Below are positions 18,462 through 29,456 of a DNA stretch of 64,000 nt, piece after piece. A program made the position numbers and the translations under genes. Below the pieces are notes generated by a model. The model was not told the DNA's origin. It searched no databases and saw only the letters and a list, made by a program, of their open reading frames with translations. The stretch's first letter is position 1. Every line of letters starts with the position of its first letter. The DNA is from an uncultured Candidatus Rokubacteria bacterium (GTDB taxonomy: Bacteria; Methylomirabilota; Methylomirabilia; Rokubacteriales; DASRDR01), in contig CAWGVS010000010.1 of the NCBI GenBank assembly GCA_963826115.1, positions 320,001 to 384,000 on the forward strand, read 5' to 3'.

Positions 18462-18634
18462 TTCCTTGATGACGTGCACCGGCCAGTCCGCCGCCGTGGT
18501 CGGCCCCCGGGGGACGACCGGCCTTCGGCCGGCCACGGTGACTCGGCGGTGATCGCCGGCGCGCGACCGGAGGGGCGGGACATGCGGCCGAGCCGGACTG
18601 TCCCGGCGGCCGCACCCGCCCCCGTCCGGAGACC

Positions 18635-20614
18635 ATGACGGAGCCCAAGTCCCGGTACCGGAGCCGTGGGCTCGTCCTGACCGGCTGTCTCCTCCTGCTC
18701 CTCGGCTCGATCGTCGTCCGGCTGGGCTACCTCCAGATCCTCCGCCACGACGAGCTCGCGCGGCTCGCCGAGCGCCAGTACTCCAAGACCATCCCGCTCC
18801 GGCCCGAGCGCGGCCCGATCCTCGACCGGAACGGCTACGCACTGGCCGTCAGCGCTCCTGTCGAGTCGGTCTACGCGCTGCCGGGCAAGATCGCCGACCG
18901 CGCGGCCGTCGCCGCCGCGCTGGCCCCGCACCTCGGCGAGCGCGCGCGCGACATCGAACAGAAGCTGGCGAGCGACCGACCCTTCGTCTGGGTGAAGGTG
19001 AAGATCCCGCCCGGGGCGGCGGAGGCGATCCGGACCCAGCGTCTGCCCGGCATCGGCACGGTGCCCGAGGCGCTCCGCTTCTACCCGAACCGGGAGCTCG
19101 CCGCGCAGGTCCTCGGATTCGTCGGCCGGGACGACCGGGGCCTCGAGGGCCTGGAGCTGGCTCACGACAAGGCGCTCGCGGGCGAGGCGGGCCTGGCGCT
19201 CGTCGAGCGGGACGCCCTCGGCCGGGAGATGACGGGCCAGCCCACGATCCTGAAGGCGCCCACGCCGGGGACGGGTCTGGTCCTGACGCTCGACGCGACC
19301 GTGCAGTACCTCGCCGAGCGCGAGCTGGAGACGGCGTGGCGTTCGACCCAGGCCAAGGCGGGGATGGTCCTCGCCATGGACCCGCGGACCGGCGAGATCC
19401 TCGCGATGGCGATGCGGCCGACGTTCAACCCGAACGCATACCAGCTGGCCACGGCCGAGCAGTGGCGGAACCGCGCCGTGACCGACCCGTTCGAGCCCGG
19501 GTCGACCTTCAAGGCCATCCTGGCCGCCTCGGCCCTCGAGGATGGCGTCGTGAAGCCCGGCGATCGCTTCTACGGTGAGCAGGGCGTCATCACGGTCGCC
19601 AACAAGTCGATCCACGACTGGAAGAAGTACGGCTGGCTCACGTTCCAGCAGGTTCTCCAGTACTCCTCGAACGTGGGCGCGATCAAGGTGGGCATGCAGC
19701 TCGGCCGGGAGCGCTACTACCGGCACGTCACCGAGTTCGGCTTCGGGAGCCTGACGGGCGTCGGCCTCCCCGGGGAGAGCCGCGGCCAGCTGCGCTCGCC
19801 CGACCGGTGGTCGGGACTGTCGCTGGCGAGCATCTCGATCGGCCAGGAGATCTCGGTGACCGGCGTGCAGATGCTGGCGGCGTTCGGCGCCCTCGCCAAC
19901 GGCGGCCGGATGATGCAGCCCTACGTGGTCCGCGCCGTCCTCGACCGGAGCGGGAAAGAGGTGCGGCGGATCGAGCCCCAGGCGGTCCGCCAGGTGATCT
20001 CGCCCCCGACGGCCGCGACCCTCACCGACATCCTGGCGTCGGTGGTCGCCGAGGGGACAGGGCACAAGGCCGTCGTCCCGGGATACGACGTCGCCGGCAA
20101 GACGGGGACGGCACAGAAGCCGGACCCCGTCACGCACGTCTATTCCCGCAAGCCCGGCGTGCTCTCGTTCATCGGCTTCGTTCCCGCGAGCGCCCCCCGG
20201 CTGGTGATCCTGGCCCTGCTGGACGAGCCCAAGACCGTCGTCTGGGGCTCGGAGGCGGCGGCCCCGATCTTCGCGTCGGTGGCGGCGCCGGTCCTGCGGC
20301 ACCTCGACGTGACGCCGACCGAGGCCGTGCCGGCGGTCCAGATCGTGCGGGCGGGGAGCCGGGACGCGAGCCGGGAGCCGCCGGCCGAGCCGGCGGCGGG
20401 GATGTCGCCGGACGGGGAGGCGCTGATGCCGGACCTGATGGGGAAGAGCCTGCGCCAAGCGCTGGCTCTTCTTGGAGCGCTGGACGTCGACGTGGCCGTG
20501 GCGGGGCGGGGACTCGTCGTGCGCCAGACGCCCCCGCCCGGGACGCCGCTCGGTGCCGGCGCGTCCTGCCGCCTCGAGCTCGCGCCGCCCGCGCGCGGTC
20601 GGATGGAGTCCTGA
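18635..20614 (+). CDS. ftsI: Class B penicillin-binding protein FtsI/PBP3 with C-terminal PASTA domain
   Basis: RGPILDRNG, RFYP, GLEGLE, FEPGSTFK (SxxK), SSN, KTGTAQ. PASTA-like MPDLMGKSLRQA...VVRQTPPPG. Confidence 0.96.
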   Translation: MTEPKSRYRSRGLVLTGCLLLLLGSIVVRLGYLQILRHDELARLAERQYSKTIPLRPERGPILDRNGYALAVSAPVESVYALPGKIADRAAVAAALAPHLGERARDIEQKLASDRPFVWVKVKIPPGAAEAIRTQRLPGIGTVPEALRFYPNRELAAQVLGFVGRDDRGLEGLELAHDKALAGEAGLALVERDALGREMTGQPTILKAPTPGTGLVLTLDATVQYLAERELETAWRSTQAKAGMVLAMDPRTGEILAMAMRPTFNPNAYQLATAEQWRNRAVTDPFEPGSTFKAILAASALEDGVVKPGDRFYGEQGVITVANKSIHDWKKYGWLTFQQVLQYSSNVGAIKVGMQLGRERYYRHVTEFGFGSLTGVGLPGESRGQLRSPDRWSGLSLASISIGQEISVTGVQMLAAFGALANGGRMMQPYVVRAVLDRSGKEVRRIEPQAVRQVISPPTAATLTDILASVVAEGTGHKAVVPGYDVAGKTGTAQKPDPVTHVYSRKPGVLSFIGFVPASAPRLVILALLDEPKTVVWGSEAAAPIFASVAAPVLRHLDVTPTEAVPAVQIVRAGSRDASREPPAEPAAGMSPDGEALMPDLMGKSLRQALALLGALDVDVAVAGRGLVVRQTPPPGTPLGAGASCRLELAPPARGRMES

Positions 20615-22146
20615 TGGCCGCTCTCGCCGAGTCGCGGGAGGTCCGCCTGGAGACCCTGCTCGAGGCGATGCCCGAGCGGGAGGTCCTGGGCAGGCTTCCC
20701 GGGACCGTCCGCGGCCTGACGGACGACTCTCGCCGCGTCACCGAGGGCAGCTGCTTCGTGGCGGTCCGCGGCCTCCGTGCGGACGGGCACCGGTTCATCC
20801 CTCAGGCCGTCGAGCGCGGCGCGCGGACCGTCGTCGCCGAGCCACCGGACCCGCTGCCCGGCGGCGCCATCGGGCGGATCCTGGTGCCCGACAGCCGGCG
20901 CGCGCTGCCGCGGCTCGCCGACGCGTACTTCGGCCATCCGTCGCGGGCCCTCACCGTCGTGGGCGTCACGGGGACGAACGGGAAGACGACGACGTCCTAC
21001 CTCTGCGAGGCGCTCCTCCGGGCGCGCGGCCTCGCCACGGGCGTCATCGGCACGATCCAGTACGTCGTGCGAGGCCAGGCCCGCGACGCCAGCCAGACCA
21101 CGCCCGAGGCGATCGAGCTCCAGGGACTGCTCGCGGAGATGGTGGCCACCGGGGTCGGTGGTGTCGCCATGGAGGTCTCCTCCCACGCCATCGCCCTCCA
21201 CCGCGTGGACGCCGTGGCCTTCGACGTGGCCGTGTTCACGAACCTGACCCAGGACCATCTCGACTTCCACGGCACGATGGAGGAGTACGCGGCCACCAAG
21301 CGCCGCCTGTTCTCGGACCTCCTGCCCTCGGGCGGGAAGCCGGGGGCGACGTCCGTCTTGAACGCGGACGATCCGGTCGGCGCCGAATGGGCCACGACGC
21401 TCCCCGGCCGGGTCCTGACGTTCGGGCTGGGTTCGGGCCACCTGATCCGGCCGCTCGAGCACGAGTCGGGCCTGGGCGGCATCCGGCTCGTGGCGACGAC
21501 GCCGGCGGGCCTCGTCCGGCTCGCCTCGCCCCTGATCGGCGAGCACAACGTCATGAACCTCCTCGGCGCGATCGGCGCCGGCGTGGCGCTCGGGCTCGAC
21601 GCCGGCGCCATCGCCGCCGCGCTCGCCTCCGTGACCCGCGTCCCCGGGCGCTTCGAGCAGGTGGAGGCGGGCCAGGACTTCCTGGTGGTCGTGGACTACG
21701 CCCACACGCCGGACGCGCTCGAGCGGGTGCTGGAGACGGCCCGGCGCCTCACGCCGGGGCGGCTCGGCGTGGTCTTCGGCGCCGGCGGCGACCGCGATCG
21801 CACCAAGCGCCCGATCATGGGCCGGATCGCCGGCCGGCTGGCCGACCGCGCGTGGCTCACGTCGGACAATCCGCGCTCGGAGGATCCCCCCGCGATCATC
21901 GAGGAGATCGCCGCGGGTCTCGCCCGGCTGCCGCGCGAGGGCTTCGCGCGGGAGCCGGACCGGCGCGAGGCGATCCGCCAGGCCATCGCCTGGGCGCGCG
22001 CCGGCGATACGGTGGTGATCGCCGGGAAGGGCCACGAGACGTATCAGATCATCGGGGGCCAGGTCCTGCCGTTCGACGACCGCCAGGTGGCGCGGGAGTT
22101 CCTGACTGCCGGGGGCCCGCGAGGAGGCGCGCCGTGCCGCGCCTGA
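20614..22146 (+). CDS. murE: UDP-MurNAc-L-Ala-D-Glu--meso-DAP ligase MurE
   Basis: GVTGTNGKTTT, TTPE, MEVSSH, FTNLTQDHLDFH, VDYAHTPD, DNPR (meso-DAP type), AGKGHETYQ. Confidence 0.97.
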   Translation: MAALAESREVRLETLLEAMPEREVLGRLPGTVRGLTDDSRRVTEGSCFVAVRGLRADGHRFIPQAVERGARTVVAEPPDPLPGGAIGRILVPDSRRALPRLADAYFGHPSRALTVVGVTGTNGKTTTSYLCEALLRARGLATGVIGTIQYVVRGQARDASQTTPEAIELQGLLAEMVATGVGGVAMEVSSHAIALHRVDAVAFDVAVFTNLTQDHLDFHGTMEEYAATKRRLFSDLLPSGGKPGATSVLNADDPVGAEWATTLPGRVLTFGLGSGHLIRPLEHESGLGGIRLVATTPAGLVRLASPLIGEHNVMNLLGAIGAGVALGLDAGAIAAALASVTRVPGRFEQVEAGQDFLVVVDYAHTPDALERVLETARRLTPGRLGVVFGAGGDRDRTKRPIMGRIAGRLADRAWLTSDNPRSEDPPAIIEEIAAGLARLPREGFAREPDRREAIRQAIAWARAGDTVVIAGKGHETYQIIGGQVLPFDDRQVAREFLTAGGPRGGAPCRA

Positions 22147-23540
22147 CGCTCGCCGAGCTCGTGCGCGGCACCCAGGGCGCGCTCGTCGGGGGCCGGCTGG
22201 ACACGATGATCACCGGCGTGTCGATCGACAGCCGCACCTGCCGGTCCGGTGACGCCTTCTTCGCGATCCGGGGGGCGAACCAGGACGGTCACGCCTTCGT
22301 GGCGCACGCGCGCATGCACGGCGCCGCCTGTGCGGTCACGACGCGCATCCCCGCCGGGCTGGGCGCGGAGGCGGACTTCCCGGTCGTCCTCGTCGACGAC
22401 ACGACGGCGGCGCTCCAGCGGCTGGGCACGGCCCACCGCCGGCGGTTCTCCATCCCGGTCGTGGCGATCACCGGCTCGAACGGGAAGACGACGACGAAGG
22501 AGCTGGTCGCGACCGTGCTGTCGGCGCGCCGGCGCGTCCTCAAGCCCCAGGCGAGCTACAACAACCAGTGGGGCGTGCCGCTGACGCTCCTCATGCTCGA
22601 GCCCGAGCACGAGGCGGCCGTCCTCGAGCTCGGGATGAACGCCTTCGGCGAGATCGCCGCGCTCGCGCAGCTCTGCCAGCCGACGGTCGGCGTGGTGACC
22701 ACGATCGCGCCGGCGCACCTCGAAGGCGTCGGGTCGCTCGAGGGCGTGCAGAAGGCCAAAGGCGAGCTGGTCGAGGCGATCCCGCCCGAGGGCGTCGTGG
22801 TGCTGAACGCCGACGATCCCCTCGTCCTGGCGCTCGCCGCCCGCTCGAAGGCGCCGGTGACGACCTACGGCCAGGCCGACCGCGCCGACGTCCGGCTGGG
22901 CGACGTCGCGCTGGTCGACGGCGGACTCGCGTTCCGCCTGGTGGCCGGCCGGTCGAGCGCCGACGTCCGGCTGCCGCTCGCGGGCCGGCACAATGCGTGG
23001 CACGCGGCGGCCGCCGCGGCGGTCGGGCTCGCGCTGGGGGTGCCCCTTGACGAGGCCGCGGCCGCGCTGGCCCTGGCGGCGCCGGTGAAGGGCCGGCTCG
23101 TCTGGCGGGAGGCGGGGGGCGCCCGGATCCTCGACGACACGTACAACGCGAACCCCGTCTCCGTGCGCGCCGCGCTCGACGCGCTCCGCGAGGCCCCGGG
23201 TGGCGGCCGCCGCTGGGTGATCCTCGGCGACATGCTGGAGCTCGGTCCGCTCACCGAGAGCGCCCACCGGGAGGTCGGCGCCCTGATCGCCGCCCTGCCG
23301 GTGGCCGGGCTGGCCACCGTGGGCGCCGCGACGCGCGTGACCGCCGAGGTGGCGCGGGCTGGCGGCTGTCCCGAGGTGGCGACGTTCGCGACGCCCGAGG
23401 GCGCCGCGGCGCACATGATCGCCCGCGTGGCGCGCGGCGACCGCGTGCTGGTCAAGGGATCGCGGGGCATGCGGATGGAGCGCGCCGTCGACGCCCTCAT
23501 GACGGGGCTCGCGCTCGCCGGGGAGGCGCCGCGATGCTGA
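22134..23540 (+). CDS. murF: UDP-MurNAc-tripeptide--D-Ala-D-Ala ligase MurF
   Basis: SIDSR, ITGSNGKTTTKE, NNQWGVPLTL, ELGMN, DDTYNANP, LGDMLELG, VKGSRG. Confidence 0.97.
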   Translation: MPRLTLAELVRGTQGALVGGRLDTMITGVSIDSRTCRSGDAFFAIRGANQDGHAFVAHARMHGAACAVTTRIPAGLGAEADFPVVLVDDTTAALQRLGTAHRRRFSIPVVAITGSNGKTTTKELVATVLSARRRVLKPQASYNNQWGVPLTLLMLEPEHEAAVLELGMNAFGEIAALAQLCQPTVGVVTTIAPAHLEGVGSLEGVQKAKGELVEAIPPEGVVVLNADDPLVLALAARSKAPVTTYGQADRADVRLGDVALVDGGLAFRLVAGRSSADVRLPLAGRHNAWHAAAAAAVGLALGVPLDEAAAALALAAPVKGRLVWREAGGARILDDTYNANPVSVRAALDALREAPGGGRRWVILGDMLELGPLTESAHREVGALIAALPVAGLATVGAATRVTAEVARAGGCPEVATFATPEGAAAHMIARVARGDRVLVKGSRGMRMERAVDALMTGLALAGEAPRC

Positions 23541-24607
23541 CCGCCCTCGCCGGCCTGGCGAAGTACCACATCCTCTTCAACGTCTTCCGGTACATCACGT
23601 TCCGGACGGCGATGGCGCTGGTGACCGCGCTCGTGATCTCGCTCTGCCTCGGGCCATGGATGATCCGGAAGCTCCGCGAGCGGCAGATCGGGGAGAACAT
23701 CCGGTCCGACGGCCCGGAGCGCCACCGGGCCAAGGCGGGGACGCCGACCATGGGCGGCCTCCTGGTGCTGGGGTCGCTCGTCGTCTCGGTGCTGCTCTGG
23801 GGCAACCTCCAGAACCGCTTCGTGTGGGTCGCGCTTCTGACCACGGTCGCCATGGGCGCGATCGGGTTCTATGACGACTGGCTCAAGCTGCGGACGCGGC
23901 GCCCGCTGAAGATCCGGGAGAAGTTCCTGGCCCAGTGCCTGGTCGGCCTGGCGGTCGGCCTCTACCTGGTCCGGCACCCGTCCGACGGCGTCACCACCCA
24001 GCTCTCGGTGCCCTTCGTCAAGGAGTGGATCCCCGACCTCGGCGCCTGGTACATCCTGTTCGCGGCGCTGATCATCGTCGGCGCGTCGAACGCGGTGAAC
24101 CTCACCGACGGGCTCGACGGGCTGGCGATGGGCCCGGTGATCGTCGCAGCCGTGGCGTTCGGCATCATCGCCTACGTCACCGGCAACGCGCGCCTGTCCG
24201 AGTACCTCTTCATCCTGAAGGTCCGGGGCGCGGGCGAGCTCACCGTGTTCTGCGGCGCGATGATGGGGGCCGGCATCGGCTTCCTCTGGTTCAACAGCCA
24301 TCCCGCCGAGGTCTTCATGGGCGACGTCGGGTCGCTCTCGCTCGGCGGGGCGATCGGCGCCCTCGCGGTCCTGTCGAAGGCGGAGCTGCTTCTCCCGTTC
24401 ATCGGCGGCCTGTTCGTCGTCGAGGCGGTCTCGGTCATCCTCCAGGTCGCCTCGTTCCGCCTGACCGGTCGACGGATCTTCCGCATGGCGCCGCTCCACC
24501 ACCACTTCGAGCTGATCGGCTGGCCCGAGACCAAGGTCGTGATCCGCTTCTGGATCCTGGCGGTGCTCATGGCGCTCCTGGCGCTCACGACCCTCAAGCT
24601 CCGATGA
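23534..24607 (+). CDS. mraY: Phospho-MurNAc-pentapeptide transferase MraY
   Basis: KAGTPTMGG, NAVNLTDGLDGLA, FMGDVGS, RMAPLHHHFEL. Confidence 0.98.
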   Translation: MLTALAGLAKYHILFNVFRYITFRTAMALVTALVISLCLGPWMIRKLRERQIGENIRSDGPERHRAKAGTPTMGGLLVLGSLVVSVLLWGNLQNRFVWVALLTTVAMGAIGFYDDWLKLRTRRPLKIREKFLAQCLVGLAVGLYLVRHPSDGVTTQLSVPFVKEWIPDLGAWYILFAALIIVGASNAVNLTDGLDGLAMGPVIVAAVAFGIIAYVTGNARLSEYLFILKVRGAGELTVFCGAMMGAGIGFLWFNSHPAEVFMGDVGSLSLGGAIGALAVLSKAELLLPFIGGLFVVEAVSVILQVASFRLTGRRIFRMAPLHHHFELIGWPETKVVIRFWILAVLMALLALTTLKLR

Positions 24608-26028
24608 CGACCATGACGCGGGAACGGAGCCGTCCAGCCTTCCTCGACGCCCCGCGCGGGCGGGCGTGGCGCGCGGCGCTCGCCGGCCGCGCCGCGACCG
24701 TGGTCGGCCTGGCGCGGAGCGGGATTGCGGCCTGCCGGCTCCTCCAGACGCTCGGGGCGCGCGTGACCGGAACCGACGCCCGCGCGGCGGACGCGCTGTC
24801 CCCCGAGGCCCGCGCGCTCGGCGGGGACGGCGTGCGCCTCGTCCTCGGTGGCCACCCGGCGGAGGCGTTCGCCGGCGCCGATCTGGTCGTGGTGAGCCCC
24901 GGGGTGCCTGCCGATGCGGCCGAGCTCCAGGACTGCCGGGCCCGGGGCGTGCCGGTCCTGGGCGAGGTCGAGCTCGCGTACCGGACGATGACGGCGGACT
25001 TCGTGGCGATCACGGGCACGAACGGGAAGACGACGACGACGGCGCTGACCGGCGCGCTCCTCGCCGCCTCCGGGCGTCCCGTCTTCGTCGGCGGCAACAT
25101 CGGCCGGCCACTGGCCTCCGAGGCGCTCGACTTCCCGGCGGATGGCTGGGTGGTCGCGGAGGTGTCGAGCTTCCAGCTCGAGACGACCGAGGCGTTCCGG
25201 CCGCGCGTGGCCGCGATCCTGAACGTGACGCCGGACCATCTCGACCGCCACGGGAGCCTCGCGGCCTACGCCGACGCGAAGGCGCGGATCTTCCGCGCCC
25301 AGGGGCGCGAGGACTTCGCCGTGCTCAACGCCGACGACCCGGGCGCCGCCGCTCTCGCGCCGCGGGCGCGGAGCCGGGTCCTCTGGTTCTCGCGCCGGGT
25401 GGCGGTCGGCGAGGGGGCCTGGGTCCGCGACGGCTGGGTGACGCTCCGTCTCGGGCGCGGAGACGAGCCGGTGTGCCCGGTCGACGAGATCCTGCTCCGC
25501 GGCGTCCACAACCTCGAGAACGTGCTCGCCGCGACGGCGTGCGCGGGCGCACTCGGCGTGTCGCCCGAGCGCCTGCGGGCGGCGATCCGCGTCTTCCGGG
25601 CCGTGCCGCACCGGATCGAGTGGATCCGCGACCGCGCCGGCGTCGCCTTCTACAACGACTCCAAGGGGACCAATGTCGACGCGACGCTGAAGGCCCTCGC
25701 GGCCTTCGACGAGCCGATCGTCCTGATCGCCGGGGGCCGCGACAAGGGCCAGAGCTTCGACGCGCTGGCATCGGCCGCGCGGGGGCGCGTCAAGGCCGCG
25801 ATCGTGATCGGCGAGGGGCGCGCCACACTGGGGCCGGCCCTCCGCGCCGCCACGCTCGTCGAGGAGGCGTCGTCCATGGGCGAGGCCGTCCGGCGGGCGG
25901 CGGCGCTCGCGGCGCCCGGCGACGTCGTGCTCCTCTCGCCGGCGTGCGCGTCGTTCGACCTGTTCCGTGACTACGAGCACCGGGGCGCGGTGTTCGCCGA
26001 GGAGGTCCGGGCCCTCCCGGAGCCCTGA
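24604..26028 (+). CDS. murD: UDP-MurNAc-L-Ala--D-Glu ligase MurD
   Basis: GLARSG, SPGVP, ITGTNGKTTTT, EVSSFQL, DHLDRH, YNDSKGTN, LSPACASFD. Confidence 0.97.
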   Translation: MTTMTRERSRPAFLDAPRGRAWRAALAGRAATVVGLARSGIAACRLLQTLGARVTGTDARAADALSPEARALGGDGVRLVLGGHPAEAFAGADLVVVSPGVPADAAELQDCRARGVPVLGEVELAYRTMTADFVAITGTNGKTTTTALTGALLAASGRPVFVGGNIGRPLASEALDFPADGWVVAEVSSFQLETTEAFRPRVAAILNVTPDHLDRHGSLAAYADAKARIFRAQGREDFAVLNADDPGAAALAPRARSRVLWFSRRVAVGEGAWVRDGWVTLRLGRGDEPVCPVDEILLRGVHNLENVLAATACAGALGVSPERLRAAIRVFRAVPHRIEWIRDRAGVAFYNDSKGTNVDATLKALAAFDEPIVLIAGGRDKGQSFDALASAARGRVKAAIVIGEGRATLGPALRAATLVEEASSMGEAVRRAAALAAPGDVVLLSPACASFDLFRDYEHRGAVFAEEVRALPEP

Positions 26029-26031
26029 GCC

Positions 26032-27129
26032 ATGCCGCGCAAGATGAGCCCTGACTACTGGCTGTTCCTGGTGGTCCTGGCCCTGCTCGGGCTGGGCGTG
26101 GTCATGGTCTACTCGGCCAGCGCCATCCTCGCGACCGACCGCTTCCGGGACGCGCACTTCTTCCTCAAGAAGCAGCTGTTCTGGGCGGTGCTGGGGCTCG
26201 GCGTCATGTGGGGCGTGATGGCGGTCGACTACCGGCGGTGGCGGCCCCTGGTCAGCCCGCTCCTGGCGCTGGCCTTCGTGCTTCTCGTCCTCGTGCTGGT
26301 GCCGCCGTTCGGCCAGTCCATCAACGGAACGCGCCGCTGGCTCCGATGGGGGCCCGTCTCGGTGCAGCCGACCGAGCTCGCGAAGCTGGTCCTCGTCGTG
26401 TACCTCGCGGACTTCCTGGCCCGGCGGCAGGCCGTGATCGACAGCCTCTGGCGCGGCGTGCTCCCGCCGCTGGTGGTGACGGGCGGCGTGGCCGGGCTGG
26501 TGCTCCTCCAGCCGGACCTCGGCTCGGCGGTGGCGATCGTGGGCGTGGTCCTCTGCATGATCTTCGTCGCGGGTGCCCGGCTCCAGCACCTCGGGATGAT
26601 CGGCGGCCTCGCAGTGCCGGTCGTCGCGCTCGCGGTGTGGATGGCACCCTACCGCTTGCGCCGGATCCTGACGTTCATGGACCCATGGGCCGATCCACGG
26701 GGGGCCGGCTTCCAGATCATCCAGTCGTATCTCGCGCTCGGCGGGGGCGGGCTCCTCGGCCGCGGCCTCGGGGAGTCGAAGCAGAAGCTCTTCTATCTCC
26801 CCGAGCCCCACACGGACTTCATCTTCGCCATCCTGGGCGAGGAGCTGGGGTTCATCGGCGCGATCGCGACGGTCGCTCTCTTCGGTCTGCTCCTCTGGCG
26901 CGGGATCCGGATCGGGCTCCGGGTCGCCGACCCGTTCGGGGCGCTCCTGGCCTTCGGGGTCTCGGCCCTGCTGATCAACCAGGCCGTGGTGAACCTGGGC
27001 GTCGTGGTGGGGCTCTTCCCGACCAAGGGCCTGCCGCTTCCCTTCGTGTCCTCGGGCGGCTCCTCGCTCCTGGTGGCGATGGCGGCGGTGGGCATCCTCC
27101 TCAACATCTCGCAGCGGGCCGAGATCTGA
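26032..27129 (+). CDS. ftsW: SEDS peptidoglycan polymerase FtsW
   Basis: [61 protein letters not shown]. Confidence 0.97.
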   Translation: MPRKMSPDYWLFLVVLALLGLGVVMVYSASAILATDRFRDAHFFLKKQLFWAVLGLGVMWGVMAVDYRRWRPLVSPLLALAFVLLVLVLVPPFGQSINGTRRWLRWGPVSVQPTELAKLVLVVYLADFLARRQAVIDSLWRGVLPPLVVTGGVAGLVLLQPDLGSAVAIVGVVLCMIFVAGARLQHLGMIGGLAVPVVALAVWMAPYRLRRILTFMDPWADPRGAGFQIIQSYLALGGGGLLGRGLGESKQKLFYLPEPHTDFIFAILGEELGFIGAIATVALFGLLLWRGIRIGLRVADPFGALLAFGVSALLINQAVVNLGVVVGLFPTKGLPLPFVSSGGSSLLVAMAAVGILLNISQRAEI

Positions 27130-27133
27130 GGCC

Positions 27134-28570
27134 ATGACGGGGACCCGCGTCTTCAAGCGCTACCAGCAGGTCCACTTCGTGGGCATCGGCGGCGTCGGCA
27201 TGAGCGGCCTCGCGGAGGTGATCCTGACGCTCGGCTTCCGCGTCACGGGGTCCGACGCTCGGCGAAGCGAGTCGGTCGAGAGGCTGGAGCGCCTCGGCGC
27301 GAAGGTCCACGTGGGCCACGCCGCCGGCCACATCGAGGGTGCGCACGTCGTCGTGTACTCGTCCGCCGTCGCGCGTGACAACCCCGAGCTCCAGGCCGCC
27401 CGCCAGCGCGGCATTCCGGTGATCCCGCGCGCGGAGATGCTCGCCGAGCTGATGCGGGTCAAGTACGGGATCGCCATCGCCGGGACGCACGGGAAGACGA
27501 CGACCACGTCGATGGTCGGGGCGGTTCTGGCCGAGGCCGGGTTCGACCCGACGCTCGTCGTGGGCGGCCGGGTCACCGCCCTCGGAGCGAACGCGCGGCT
27601 GGGGCAGGGCGAGTTCCTCGTCGCCGAGGCCGACGAATCCGACGGCTCCTTCCTCCGCCTGACCCCGACAATGGCCGTCGTCACCACGATCGACGCCGAG
27701 CACCTCGACTACTACCGGGACCTCGCGGCGATCCGCGAGGCCTTCCTGTCGTTCGTCAGCAAGGTGCCGTTCTACGGGGCGGCCGTTCTCTGCGCCGACC
27801 AGCCGGACATCCAGGCGATCCTCCCGCGCGTGGAGAAGCGCGTGATCACCTACGGGCTCACCGCGCCCGCCGACCTGGTCGCGGCCTCGGTGCGGCTCAG
27901 CGAGCTGACCGCGCGCTTCGAGGTGCTCCACAAGGGGGACTCCTTGGGCGAGCTCCGCCTCCAGGTGCCGGGCCTCCACAACGTCGCCAACGCCCTCGCG
28001 GCAACCGCGGTCGGGCTCGACCTGGAGGTGCCGTTCGCAGCCGTGCAGCGGGCGCTCGCCGCCTTCACCGGCGTCCAGCGCCGCTTCCAGGTCAAGGGCG
28101 ACGTCGGCGGGATCCTCCTGGTCGACGACTACGGCCACCATCCGGCGGAGATCCGGGCAACCCTGGCGGCCGCCCGCCAGGGGTTCGCGCGCCGGCGGGT
28201 GGTGGTGTTCCAGCCGCACCGCTACACGCGCACGTTCCACCTGTACGACGAGTTCCTCACGGCGTTCGACGACGCCGACGTGCTGATCGTGACCGACATC
28301 TATCCGGCGGGTGAGCCGCCGATCCCCGGGGTCCATGCCCGGAAGCTGGCCGAAGGGATCGCGGGACGCACCGGCCGCGACGTCCGATACGTGGGTGACC
28401 GGGCCGAGGTGGCGGAGGCTCTGCTCCGCGCCGTCCGGCCCGGCGACTTGGTCCTGACCCTCGGGGCCGGCGACGTGGGTGCGATCGCGGACCAGGTGCG
28501 CGAGCGCCTGGCCGCGCGCGAGACCCCGCCCGCGGCCCCGGGCGGAGAAGGAGACCGGCATGCTGGGTGA
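27134..28570 (+). CDS. murC: UDP-MurNAc--L-alanine ligase MurC
   Basis: [48 protein letters not shown]. Confidence 0.97.
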   Translation: MTGTRVFKRYQQVHFVGIGGVGMSGLAEVILTLGFRVTGSDARRSESVERLERLGAKVHVGHAAGHIEGAHVVVYSSAVARDNPELQAARQRGIPVIPRAEMLAELMRVKYGIAIAGTHGKTTTTSMVGAVLAEAGFDPTLVVGGRVTALGANARLGQGEFLVAEADESDGSFLRLTPTMAVVTTIDAEHLDYYRDLAAIREAFLSFVSKVPFYGAAVLCADQPDIQAILPRVEKRVITYGLTAPADLVAASVRLSELTARFEVLHKGDSLGELRLQVPGLHNVANALAATAVGLDLEVPFAAVQRALAAFTGVQRRFQVKGDVGGILLVDDYGHHPAEIRATLAAARQGFARRRVVVFQPHRYTRTFHLYDEFLTAFDDADVLIVTDIYPAGEPPIPGVHARKLAEGIAGRTGRDVRYVGDRAEVAEALLRAVRPGDLVLTLGAGDVGAIADQVRERLAARETPPAAPGGEGDRHAG

Positions 28571-29435
28571 GATCCGCGGCGAGGTGCGCTTCAAGGAGCC
28601 GCTCGCGTTCCACACGTCGCTCCGCTGCGGCGGACCGGCGGACATCTTCATCATTCCGCAGGACGTCGACGACGTGCGGAAGACGCTGATGTTCGCCGAC
28701 AAGGAGAAGCTGCCCGTCGCGATCCTGGGGAGCGGGCACAACACCATCGTGCGGGACAGGGGGTACCGCGGGATCGTGCTGAAAATCGAGGGTTGCCTCG
28801 GCCGGATGGAGTTCCACGGCGAGGAGGTCACCATCGGCTGCGGGGCCGGCCTGTCGACCATGATCCGCGAGGCGGCCGCGATCGGCCTCGGCGGGATCGA
28901 GTGCCTGGTGGGCATTCCCGCGACGGTCGGCGGCGCGCTGGCGATGAACGCCGGCACGCACGACGGCGCCATCTGGGACTTCGTCTCGGCGGTGTACTTC
29001 CTCCACGCCGACGGCACCATCGGGGAGCTGAAGCCCGCGCCGGGGTTCTCGTACCGGGCCTTCTCCCTCCCGACCGGAGTGATCCTCCTCGGCGTGCGCC
29101 TCCAGCTCCACCGGAAGCCGCAGAAGGAGATCCTCGCCGAGATCCGCGCCCGGCTGAAGCACAAGAAGGCGACGCAGCCGATGGCGCTCGCGGCCGTGGG
29201 CTGTGTCTGGAAGAACCCCGATTTCGACCACGTGGCCCGGCTCCTCGAGAAGGCCGGCCTCCGGGGCAAGCGCGTGGGCGGCGCCGAGATCTCCGCGAAG
29301 CACGCCAACTTCATCCTCAATCGGGGCGGCGCCTCCGCGCAGGACGTCCTCGGCCTCTTGGACCTCGCCTTCGACCGCGTCCACAGCCAGACGGGCATCC
29401 GGCTCACCACGGAGCTCCGGATCCTGGGAGAGTGA
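28560..29435 (+). CDS. murB: UDP-N-acetylenolpyruvoylglucosamine reductase MurB
   Basis: [26 protein letters not shown]...[18 protein letters not shown], terminal ELRILGE. SD AAGGAG. Confidence 0.94.
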   Translation: MLGEIRGEVRFKEPLAFHTSLRCGGPADIFIIPQDVDDVRKTLMFADKEKLPVAILGSGHNTIVRDRGYRGIVLKIEGCLGRMEFHGEEVTIGCGAGLSTMIREAAAIGLGGIECLVGIPATVGGALAMNAGTHDGAIWDFVSAVYFLHADGTIGELKPAPGFSYRAFSLPTGVILLGVRLQLHRKPQKEILAEIRARLKHKKATQPMALAAVGCVWKNPDFDHVARLLEKAGLRGKRVGGAEISAKHANFILNRGGASAQDVLGLLDLAFDRVHSQTGIRLTTELRILGE

Positions 29436-29456
29436 GAACGTCGTGACGCGCGCCGC

